Of a stretch of DNA of 17,202 nucleotides, positions 7,810 to 15,745 are shown one piece after another. Every line of letters begins with the position of its first letter. Position 1 is the stretch's first letter. A program made the translations under genes and the position numbers. The stretch lies in contig JAUQYZ020000151.1 of assembly GCA_030587475.2 (NCBI GenBank), forward strand, positions 1-17,202. The letters are read 5' to 3'. The notes below the pieces were generated by a model. That model did no database searches. It saw nothing but the letters and a program-made list of their open reading frames with translations, and had not been told where the DNA came from. Origin of the DNA: Candidatus Sigynarchaeum calidifontis. GTDB taxonomy: Archaea; Asgardarchaeota; Lokiarchaeia; Sigyniarchaeales; Sigyniarchaeaceae.

Positions 7810-8676
7810 ATGTATGTAGAAACGAAAAAGGTCACGGTATCGTGCCCGGTCTGCAAAAAGGAGGTCGATATCGAATTACCGACCACTCTCGTGAAGGAAG
7901 CACCAGATGGCATACTGAAAATCCAAGTTCCCATTGAGAAAGGGTGCCCTTCACATTCTTTCATGGTATTCATAGATAAAAATTTCAAGGTACGCGGTTA
8001 TCAACAAGCCGACCTTGAATTCAACTTGAAACCTTCAAGAGCTGCATTTTCGCCCTTGCCCGCAGCTGCCGAGAGCGAAATCCAATCTTTTAACGTGAAC
8101 GATCTCATCAACACGGTCGGCGTCGAGATCGCGGCCATGATGCTCCGGACGATTCTCGTGAAGAAACCCGTTCTCTTCATGAACACGTATGACTTGAACA
8201 ACCGTGCCGAAAAGGCGGTCAAGCTGTTCCAGGACATGGAATCGGACGATCTCATCATCACGGCGGACATTATCGACCAAAAAAGGTTGAACGACAAGAA
8301 TATCGAGAGATCGAATCCCTTCGTCTATGCTATCTTGTATCGCGCCATCTTGCGTTCACCGTTCCCCGGGAAAATCAAGACCGCGCTGGAAACAACGCTG
8401 CTCGAGGAAACATCCGAGATCCCCGACCGACAAGGACAAATCGCCTTCCTCCGGCGTGAATTGGTCAAGATCTCGCGAATCATTGACGAGCTTGCAAGCA
8501 AATTGAAGGTTATGACCCAGATCTACGAGGAGGATCTTCCTGAATTCTTGCAAAAGAACTGGAACTATAAAGCGACGGGAAAGCAAGTCATCGGGCTGAA
8601 GGAGATCCTCGCGGCGAGGCACGGGGAGAAGATAGCAGCGAAGATCAAGAGCAAATCGGTCGAATACTTGCTTTGA
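7810..8676 (+). CDS. Hypothetical protein: N-terminal Zn-binding domain (CPVC...C-x2-H), then a DENN-core-like alpha/beta region and a helical tail
   Basis: The N-terminus CPVC-x-GILKIQVP-x-GCPSHSFMVFIDKNFKVRGYQ is of a type I associate with Lokiarchaeia hypotheticals. The CDS itself is clear; the DENN call is tentative. Confidence 0.8.
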   Translation: MYVETKKVTVSCPVCKKEVDIELPTTLVKEAPDGILKIQVPIEKGCPSHSFMVFIDKNFKVRGYQQADLEFNLKPSRAAFSPLPAAAESEIQSFNVNDLINTVGVEIAAMMLRTILVKKPVLFMNTYDLNNRAEKAVKLFQDMESDDLIITADIIDQKRLNDKNIERSNPFVYAILYRAILRSPFPGKIKTALETTLLEETSEIPDRQGQIAFLRRELVKISRIIDELASKLKVMTQIYEEDLPEFLQKNWNYKATGKQVIGLKEILAARHGEKIAAKIKSKSVEYLL

Positions 8677-8739
8677 TGCTGGAATTGTTGCGTGCATATC
8701 CAATTTGAACGAGAATAACCGATACCACGCGTGAAAGGG

Positions 8740-8746
8740 AAAAAAA
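8740..8746 (-). terminator. Oligo-T terminator
   Basis: T7 on the minus strand about 10 bp after the ferritin-like gene stop, between convergent genes. Confidence 0.45.
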
Positions 8747-8755
8747 GAGCGATTT

Positions 8756-9733
8756 TTAGAAGAAATCGTCGAATGTCCAGTAGTGCTGCTCTTCCTCGTC
8801 CACGATCTTTTCGAAGATGAGGCGCGTCGCGGTATCACCGCGCTTCAGCGCCTCGGCGATGATCCCGCGATAGAGCACGATGGCCTCGTCTTCGGCCTTG
8901 TGTGCAAGGGCGAGGAATTGGTCCGCGTTGTCGCCGATGACGGGCAGCGGATCCGGCACGTGCACGCACTCGCCTTCGAGCAAGTAGATGCGCTCGGCGA
9001 TTTTTTCGAGGTGGCTCATCTCTTGGCGAGCCGTCTTGCTGAGGATGTCGCTGACAACCTTGGCCTTGTTCTTGTCTGTAATGACCTCTAGCGTCGTTTC
9101 TAACTTGCGCAGCGCCAGCATGTTTGCTTTCTCGTGCGAGTTGACGTATTGGATGATGGCGCTTATCTCCGACGCGACGCCCTTGTTCAACAAGGTGAAG
9201 TAGTCGGCGGTGAAGATCTTGCGGAATTCCGTGGGTTCCGCTTGGGGTCCAGGCGGTTCCTTGTCATCGATCGTGAGCAACTCCTGGAACTTGAAGAGAT
9301 GCTTCTCCTCGTCGGCGTATATCTTGAGGAAATCGTTGAAGGTCTCGATGTCGCCGATCTTTTTGGCCTCTTCGAGGATTTTTCGGTACATGACCAGCGC
9401 TTCCTCTTCTGCCTTGAAGTCATTCTTCATGAATTCCTTGAGACCATCGCCGACCGTGACCTTCGCAGCCTTGGTCGTGGCCTTTCCTCCGAGCAGGTAG
9501 ATGCGCTCCATTATGGTCCCGGCATGTTTCATCTCCTGGATGCCAAACTCTTTCAAAAACGCTGCTATCGCGTCATAGACCGTTTTATCGAGAAGGAGAT
9601 TCTCCGCCTTGATCTTCCGGAGGATTTTCTCCATCTTCGCGTGCTGCAAGATGTATTGAACGGATACTTGCAGCTCCCTTTCCACAGCTTGATTCAAGAG
9701 TGCAATGTATTCGTCGTTGATCACGACTGCCAT
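8756..9733 (-). CDS. Tandem two-domain bacterioferritin-like (ferritin-like diiron) protein
   Basis: Domain 1: LLNQAVERELQVSVQY, QEMKH..IMERIYLLGG, AEEEA..Y, DEEKH. Domain 2: LLNKGVASEISAIIQY, QEMSH..IAERIYLLEG, AEDEA..Y, EEEQH. The two are joined by a Pro-rich linker. Confidence 0.92.
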   Translation of the reverse strand: MAVVINDEYIALLNQAVERELQVSVQYILQHAKMEKILRKIKAENLLLDKTVYDAIAAFLKEFGIQEMKHAGTIMERIYLLGGKATTKAAKVTVGDGLKEFMKNDFKAEEEALVMYRKILEEAKKIGDIETFNDFLKIYADEEKHLFKFQELLTIDDKEPPGPQAEPTEFRKIFTADYFTLLNKGVASEISAIIQYVNSHEKANMLALRKLETTLEVITDKNKAKVVSDILSKTARQEMSHLEKIAERIYLLEGECVHVPDPLPVIGDNADQFLALAHKAEDEAIVLYRGIIAEALKRGDTATRLIFEKIVDEEEQHYWTFDDFF

Positions 9734-9780
9734 GATTCATCATGCTCCAAAAATGCCGCTCGGGTAATTCACAAGGAGAG

Positions 9781-9794
9781 ATTTAAAATTTTTG
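9781..9794 (-). promoter_or_regulatory. Putative BRE/TATA element of the ferritin-like gene
   Basis: The minus strand reads CAAAAATTTTAAAT about 50 bp upstream of the ATG at 9733. Confidence 0.45.
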
Positions 9795-9841
9795 GGATTT
9801 GATCATGCGTTCTCGGTGTGATGATAATCAGAGAAAGTGCA

Positions 9842-10369
9842 TCAAGCATTCTTGTTCGCGTCGAATAACTCGATGATCCGACGCGCGACATCATCGATCG
9901 ACAGATTCGAGGTATCGATGGTCAATGACGTCGCTGCCGCATAGAAAGGTGCTCTTATAGACAACAGCCGCTGGATTTCCGCTTCTGGATCGGGCTTGGC
10001 AAGCAGCGGTCGCTTCTCCCGCTCCTCGCTGACCAGTCGCTTGAACAAGATGTCGGGCCTCGCGGTGAGGCAAATCACCACGGCGGACTGGCGCATGTAG
10101 AGCATGTTGATCGTGTTGAGGACGGCACCCCCGCCGAGCGAAAAGACCGCGTTGTCCATCGAAGCGGCCTCCTTGATGGCAGCGATCTCGAGTTCCCGGA
10201 ACCGGATCTCGCCATCCTCGTTAAATATCTTCGTTATGGGCTTCTTGGCGGCAGCCTCGATCATGGTATCGGTTTCAACGAACTTTTTTCCCGTTCGCTC
10301 TGCTACGAGACGGCCAGCTCGTGTCTTTCCCGTTCCCATGAAACCGATCAACGCGATATTATTTTTCAT
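9842..10369 (-). CDS. aroK: Shikimate kinase, bacterial P-loop (NMP-kinase fold) type
   Basis: GFMGTGKT Walker A, FVETD, GEIRFRELE, LGGGAV, RPLL and RAPFY motifs. ATG at 10369 is preferred over TTG at 10372. Confidence 0.95.
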   Translation of the reverse strand: MKNNIALIGFMGTGKTRAGRLVAERTGKKFVETDTMIEAAAKKPITKIFNEDGEIRFRELEIAAIKEAASMDNAVFSLGGGAVLNTINMLYMRQSAVVICLTARPDILFKRLVSEEREKRPLLAKPDPEAEIQRLLSIRAPFYAAATSLTIDTSNLSIDDVARRIIELFDANKNA

Positions 10370-10400
10370 CAAAAATCGCCGTGTTTTGACATGTCTTGCT

Positions 10401-10412
10401 TTGATGCATCAA
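10401..10412. promoter_or_regulatory. Perfect 12-bp palindrome TTGATGCATCAA between divergent aroK and aroE
   Basis: Seen directly; it lies about 32-43 bp upstream of the aroK start. Confidence 0.35.
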
Positions 10413-10538
10413 GACGGGAGATATCGTTATGCTTGTCATCGCGCAAGATCATTCCATTGTGCAAGTGGATAAATTTCTTTTCAATTGGTGCTTCCCCACG
10501 AATCGTTAAATAGCCCGGGTCAATAGAATTACCAGATC

Positions 10539-11417
10539 ATGCCCGGTACCGAAGCAATCTCGGGAAAAACGAAAATCTTGTGTGTTATCGGCGATCCCAT
10601 CGAGCATACCATGAGCCCGGCCATGCATAACGCCGCGATCAAGGCGCTTGGTCTTGATCTTGTTTATGTCGCATTTCACGTGAAACGGGAGATGTTGAAA
10701 CAAGCCTTCGATGGTTTCCGGGCGCTTGGCATTCTTGGCATAAACATTACCATCCCGCACAAGGTTACCGCGATGCAATGGCTCGACGAGGTGGATCCCG
10801 TCGCGAAAGCCATCGGAGCCATAAACACGGTAAAGAATGATGGCGGGAAGCTCGTCGGACACAATACTGACGCGGACGGGGCAGCACGGGCTTTGAAAGC
10901 AGCCGGCGTCGTGATGAAGGATTCCAAGGTTGCCGTGCTTGGCGTTGGGGGTGCCGCACGCGCGGTCGGATTCGCGCTTGCGAGGGAAGGTGCATCCGTG
11001 CAATTCCTCTACCGCAGCGAGGACGCGTCAATGGCCTTGGAACTGGCACGAGATATAAAGATATTCTTTCCATCCGCCCCGGTCGACACGGTGTTGATGA
11101 ACGGGGCCAGCATCGAGATGGCTTGCCGAGAATCTAACATCCTCGTGAACGCGACGCCAATCGGCATGCATCCTCGCTCAGACGAGACGCTCGTCGATCG
11201 GCATTTCTTGCAAGACAAGTTGTGCGTGTTCGACGTCGTTTACAACCCCCTCGAGACCCGCCTCATCAAGGACGCCAAGGCTGCTGGCTGCAAGGTAGTT
11301 CTCGGCATAGACATGCTGGTCTACCAGGGTGCCATGGCATTCGAGTGGTGGACGGGCAAGGAGCCGCCGGTCGACGTGATGCGGCGGGTGGCGATCGAGA
11401 GGCTCAGCTTCAAGTAA
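10539..11417 (+). CDS. aroE: Shikimate dehydrogenase
   Basis: GDPIEHTMSPAMHN, NITIPHK, GAINT, NTD, GVGGAAR, NATPIGM, DVVYNPLET and MLVYQG motifs. Confidence 0.96.
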   Translation: MPGTEAISGKTKILCVIGDPIEHTMSPAMHNAAIKALGLDLVYVAFHVKREMLKQAFDGFRALGILGINITIPHKVTAMQWLDEVDPVAKAIGAINTVKNDGGKLVGHNTDADGAARALKAAGVVMKDSKVAVLGVGGAARAVGFALAREGASVQFLYRSEDASMALELARDIKIFFPSAPVDTVLMNGASIEMACRESNILVNATPIGMHPRSDETLVDRHFLQDKLCVFDVVYNPLETRLIKDAKAAGCKVVLGIDMLVYQGAMAFEWWTGKEPPVDVMRRVAIERLSFK

Positions 11418-11461
11418 CGCGTTCAAAAAACGACAACATGGATAGAACATAGGTCGATAAT

Positions 11462-12739
11462 ATGACGATCGAAATCTCCAACGATGATGCAGAGGCCATG
11501 TACTCGTTCGTCCGGGCCATCTGCAATGACATTGGCCCCCGGGCACCGTGCAGCGCGGGGGAGGCAAAAGCGGCGGAATTCATCAAGGCGGAAATGCAGA
11601 AGACGTGCAACCACGTGGAGATCGAGCCGTTCACTTGCGCGCCCGGCGGCCTGCTTGGCTGGATACGTCCCGCCATCGTCCTGGTCGTGAGCTCCCTCGT
11701 GCTCTACCTCGTCGTCGCGTTTGCGCTGCAAGGCATCGGCAAGATCGCGTTTTACGTGACGTGTCTCGCGCTGGTCATCACCGCCTGGGTTATCGCGTGG
11801 AAGGAGTTTTTCAGCTACGAGGAATTCATCGACCACTTTCTCAAGAAAGGCTCTTCCCAGAACGTGATCGGTCGCATCATGCCCGCAGGCGAGGTCAAGC
11901 GGGTGATCGCGTTTTCCGGCCACCACGACTCGGCGTTGCGGTTCAACTTGTTGGAATACCTGGGCGGGGTCGGCTATGGGGTGAGCATCGCGTGGGGATT
12001 CGGGCTCTGGATCACGTGGACGGGCACGCTCGCGGTCGCTATCGTGGCTGAGGTTGCGAGGGTTGACATGGGCGGGATTAACACCTTCACGGCCTGGCTC
12101 GGCATTGTCGGGTCGCCGGCCATGGTGTTATTGTGGTTTTTCAGGAGCAGCGACGAGCGCGGGAACGTGGTCCCCGGCGCCGTCGACAACATCAGCGCGG
12201 TGGCGGTCGTCCTCGCCATCGGGAGATACCTGCGCGCACATCCCGATGTCATGCCCGACGGCACGGAAATCCGCCTCATCTCGTTCGGGTGCGAGGAAGC
12301 GGCGCTGCGCGGCGCGAGGCGATATGTCGAAGCTCACCGCCAGGAGCTGAAGGGCTCCAACTTCCAGCTCGTGAACATGGACGGTTTGCAGTCCCCGAAG
12401 AGTTTCATGCTGTTCTCGTTCGAGCCGACGACCCGGACCCCACACGACCCCCGAGTGACAGAGGGCATCATTGCAGCGGCCCGCAAGGTCGGGCTGCCCG
12501 TGGTCTCATTTGGTAGCAGGGCGATCGACCGCGTGGCCGGGTTTTTCTCCGGTGGCACGGACGCCGCGGCATTTTCCAAGGCAGGGATCCCCGCCAGCAC
12601 GTTCGGGGCCTTGGATGTCTTGAAATACATCAACAACTACCACACGAGCCGCGACACGCCCGATCGCATAGAGCCGGGCACCTTGGAAGGAGCGCTGAAG
12701 ATCTGCTTGCAATACATCGTTGATGCAAAGATGAAATGA
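11462..12739 (+). CDS. M28-family zinc metallopeptidase with inserted transmembrane hairpins
   Basis: GHHDS, GAVDNISAV, GCEEAALRG, NMDG, GTDA and YHTSRD give a complete ligand set; two hydrophobic helix pairs lie inside the domain. Confidence 0.88.
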   Translation: MTIEISNDDAEAMYSFVRAICNDIGPRAPCSAGEAKAAEFIKAEMQKTCNHVEIEPFTCAPGGLLGWIRPAIVLVVSSLVLYLVVAFALQGIGKIAFYVTCLALVITAWVIAWKEFFSYEEFIDHFLKKGSSQNVIGRIMPAGEVKRVIAFSGHHDSALRFNLLEYLGGVGYGVSIAWGFGLWITWTGTLAVAIVAEVARVDMGGINTFTAWLGIVGSPAMVLLWFFRSSDERGNVVPGAVDNISAVAVVLAIGRYLRAHPDVMPDGTEIRLISFGCEEAALRGARRYVEAHRQELKGSNFQLVNMDGLQSPKSFMLFSFEPTTRTPHDPRVTEGIIAAARKVGLPVVSFGSRAIDRVAGFFSGGTDAAAFSKAGIPASTFGALDVLKYINNYHTSRDTPDRIEPGTLEGALKICLQYIVDAKMK

Positions 12740-12751
12740 ACCCCGTTGGAT

Positions 12752-14026
12752 TCACTTGATCGCGCCGGCGCGCAAGAAATACGGCGCGTATAGTATTTTT
12801 TTCAAGGTCGGGATGGCCTGGAAGATCATTTCGCCTGCCTTGAAATCCACGTCGTCCGTGGTCTCGGCATAATCGAGCTCAAAGCACTTGACAAGGAGTG
12901 CGCGTAAATCCTTGTTTTTTGCAAGTGCTTCGATAAAAAAAGTCCAGAGCGACTCGTCAGACATCGCTTCCCAGAAGAGCCAGCTATTCTTCCGCCCGGA
13001 GCGGTTGAACTTGTTGACCAGGTTGCGCGCGAGCAGCGCCTTGTAGCCCGCGAGGTTTTCCGCCGTCGGTACCTTTTTTTCTTCGCGCAGCCTTGCTACT
13101 GTCTCGACCGCGTATTTCGCACTGGCCCGTCCTTGCCATACCCCCTCGTAATAAAACGGGTGTGTCAAGCCAGCCGCATCGCCGAGAACGAGCAACCGGT
13201 TCCCGTGCGGGTACTTGATCGGGGCGCGCGGGATGAGCGCGATCGCGTGCGAGGATTTTTGGCCGTGCCACGTCTTTTCCTTGACCCCGGTAAAGAAATC
13301 CTTGACCCGCGGATCCTTCTCGATCGTGTTCTTGTAACGCTCCCACGACACGTGATGGTCGATGATGCCTGCGTTGAAGGAATCCTTCCTGCACGTGATC
13401 CAGAATGGGCCGATGGAGGTCACCTGCTTGTTCATGTAGTAGTGGTAGGCGCCGCTGGATAGCACGTCCTCGACGTGCCGTTCGCTGCATTCATACTCGC
13501 AAATGAGTGATTGGACGACTGGAGGCTTTTCAATGCCGAGCTGGTCGTGCAAGTGAAAGCCGGACGTGCCGGTTGCCAGGAAAAGGACGTCGCCCTGGAT
13601 GGTGAACTCGGGCAGGCCACTGGTTTCGCACGTGGCGGCAACGTGATCGCTCGTGACCTGGATTTTTTTAGCACGCGTAAGATCGTGAATGTCCGCACCC
13701 TTTTTTTCGGCCATGTCGAGCATGTATTTGTCGAATGTCGACCGCAAGATGATCTTGCCCAGCGTGGTGGCGAACTCGCGACCATCAAGCACGACGCTGC
13801 TCGTTGGCGACATCGGCTTCATCGTTACCATGTCGCGTTCGAACACGCTACCAGGCAGCGGTGGAAAACCCTTAAACGAGTGCAAAGGAAAGACTCCAGA
13901 GCAAGGATGGTAGGCGCCGCGATCGCTTGCCTCGACGAGGGAGACCGATAGGCCTCGCTCGGCCGCGAGCCACGCAGCCATGGCACCCGACGCCCCGCCC
14001 CCGATGATGACGATGTCCTTTTTCAC
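12752..14026 (-). CDS. Geranylgeranyl-reductase-family FAD-dependent oxidoreductase
   Basis: IIGGGASG dinucleotide motif, HPCSG, RSTFDKYM, LATG and GDAAGLTHPFYYEG. The start is uncertain (GTG at 14026 or TTG at 14065). Confidence 0.85.
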   Translation of the reverse strand: MKKDIVIIGGGASGAMAAWLAAERGLSVSLVEASDRGAYHPCSGVFPLHSFKGFPPLPGSVFERDMVTMKPMSPTSSVVLDGREFATTLGKIILRSTFDKYMLDMAEKKGADIHDLTRAKKIQVTSDHVAATCETSGLPEFTIQGDVLFLATGTSGFHLHDQLGIEKPPVVQSLICEYECSERHVEDVLSSGAYHYYMNKQVTSIGPFWITCRKDSFNAGIIDHHVSWERYKNTIEKDPRVKDFFTGVKEKTWHGQKSSHAIALIPRAPIKYPHGNRLLVLGDAAGLTHPFYYEGVWQGRASAKYAVETVARLREEKKVPTAENLAGYKALLARNLVNKFNRSGRKNSWLFWEAMSDESLWTFFIEALAKNKDLRALLVKCFELDYAETTDDVDFKAGEMIFQAIPTLKKILYAPYFLRAGAIK

Positions 14027-14110
14027 GATACCTGGAAGCGCGCCAAGCCTTTTGAACACCGGCAAGGAGTCGCGGGTTTTTTTAGGTGCGGTAAGGTTGT
14101 TTCTTCAGCT

Positions 14111-14872
14111 ATGAAGAAACTGCCGATCGCCGCCGCGCTGCCCGTGACCGAGAAATACATCTCATCGGGAGGGCTGGCCACAGACATCAAGAAGGTTGGC
14201 GAGGGGCCCGCTTCGTACGTCGAGCTGCGGTTGGATTACGCCCGCAATGTCGAGGCATTGGACCTCAAGATGCTGATCGAAACTTGTCAAGCAGCGAACC
14301 TGGAATCGATTTGTACGTGCCGCGTGAAGGCAAAGGCGCAAGGCGGGAACTATGTACCACGCGACCTGGCATCGCATGAAGCCCTCCTACTGCGCATTAT
14401 CGAGACAAAGCCATCCCTGGTTGATGTTGAACTCGTAAATGACGCCAGCTTGCTCGATGCGGCCCTACAAGCGTGCAAGCAGCACGGGGTCGGCCTGATC
14501 TTGTCTCTCCATGACTTCGAGTCCACGCCCCCCGCGGCAGAAGTCGACGCGATGTGTGATTTGCTCGTGCAAGCGGTCGCCCAGCATCCCCCAGAACGTG
14601 ATCACATCGTGTTCAAAGTGGTTTTCACGGCCAGGAAGGCTGTGGATAATGCAATACCGTTTCGCGTCATCGACCGGCTCTCGGCGACCGGCCGAGACGT
14701 GGTGTCTTTTTGCATGGGCACGGAAGGACTTGTCTCCCGTGTTGCATGCGTGATACCGCGGTCGGATGGACGGGCTGCGGCAAAGCTCACGTTCGCCTCT
14801 TTCGGGCAGCAAACCGCCCCGGGGCAAATCGACATAGCAACGATGGCTGCACTTCTTGATCCTTTCTTTTGA
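14111..14872 (+). CDS. aroD: Type I 3-dehydroquinate dehydratase
   Basis: VELRLD, TCR...QGG, VDVEL, SLHDFESTP (catalytic His), FKVV (Schiff-base Lys), MG..G..SR and TAPGQI motifs. Confidence 0.92.
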   Translation: MKKLPIAAALPVTEKYISSGGLATDIKKVGEGPASYVELRLDYARNVEALDLKMLIETCQAANLESICTCRVKAKAQGGNYVPRDLASHEALLLRIIETKPSLVDVELVNDASLLDAALQACKQHGVGLILSLHDFESTPPAAEVDAMCDLLVQAVAQHPPERDHIVFKVVFTARKAVDNAIPFRVIDRLSATGRDVVSFCMGTEGLVSRVACVIPRSDGRAAAKLTFASFGQQTAPGQIDIATMAALLDPFF

Positions 14873-15134
14873 TGCCGAAGGTTCAGCGCCTAATATCCAT
14901 ACGATTTCCTTGTAAAGCAATGGTATTTAAAATCTCGCCGCGATCAGCTGTAATGGTGAGAGCGAGTAGTGATCGAGGCTCCGCTGCAACCCGACACCAC
15001 GATGGCTCACGCGGTGAATGGCGTTGCAAAGTGTCGGCTTTCATGATTGTATTGGATTAATAGGGTTCTTTAAAGGCAGATTTTCAGAGATCGAGAATAG
15101 AACAACTAGTATCTTTGCGACGGGGGGTGTAGTT

Positions 15135-15148
15135 GGAAAGTTTTAAAA
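15135..15148 (+). promoter_or_regulatory. Putative BRE/TATA element of the roadblock gene
   Basis: GGAAAG-TTTTAAAA upstream of the 15190/15253 start codons. Confidence 0.45.
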
Positions 15149-15252
15149 TCTCCATTGCCAAATTATAGTTATATCTCGTATGCGGTGCGATGGGGTGGCC
15201 ATCCAGCACCTCTCGTAGGCACGTTGTTGAGGCGATCCATCTGTCCGATTCC

Positions 15253-15609
15253 ATGCTCACTTACATCCTCAAGGATTTGCGCCAGAAAGTAGAGGGCATG
15301 CAAGCCAGTGCGGTCGTTTCGAAAGAAGGATTGATCGTCGCCAGCGACTTGTCCGAGGGGATCAGCGAGATGCACCTCGCAGCGATGAGCGCTATCTTGT
15401 TAAGCACGAGCGAGAACCTCCTGGTCGAGTTAAAAAAGGGCAGCCTCGATGTTTGCATCGTTCAAGGTAACGAAGGCGACCGTTTCGTGATAATGGATGC
15501 CGGGCTCGACTTTATCCTCGTAGCTATTCTCGGGAATTTCACCCGGATGGATATTGCCTTTACCGAGATGCGGAACGCGGCACGACGCATATCCGAGACC
15601 GAAGCTTAG
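15253..15609 (+). CDS. Roadblock/LC7 domain protein
   Basis: GMQASAVVSKEGLIVAS, LAAMSAILLSTSE..LVELKKGSLD..IVQGNEG and a C-terminal MRNAARRI helix. The start may instead be at 15190 or about 15241. Confidence 0.92.
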   Translation: MLTYILKDLRQKVEGMQASAVVSKEGLIVASDLSEGISEMHLAAMSAILLSTSENLLVELKKGSLDVCIVQGNEGDRFVIMDAGLDFILVAILGNFTRMDIAFTEMRNAARRISETEA

Positions 15610-15745
15610 TCAATTATACCCTCCCAAATCCTTCTCTTGTTCTTAGCATGTTGCTATTCATGCCCATGGCGCGCATAATGTAGTAATACACAACAATTCT
15701 TACTTTCACCAGAACTGGCACAACGATCTCCTTTCATGGGCCGAC

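Noticed and set aside
8756-9733. Encapsulin cargo or rubrerythrin identity for the ferritin-like protein
   Set aside because: There is no CxxC rubredoxin domain, no recognisable terminal targeting peptide, and no encapsulin gene in the window.
9817-9835. ATGATAATCA upstream of the ferritin-like gene as a Fur box
   Set aside because: Only about 11 of 19 positions match the consensus, the flanks are not palindromic, and no regulator gene is in the window.
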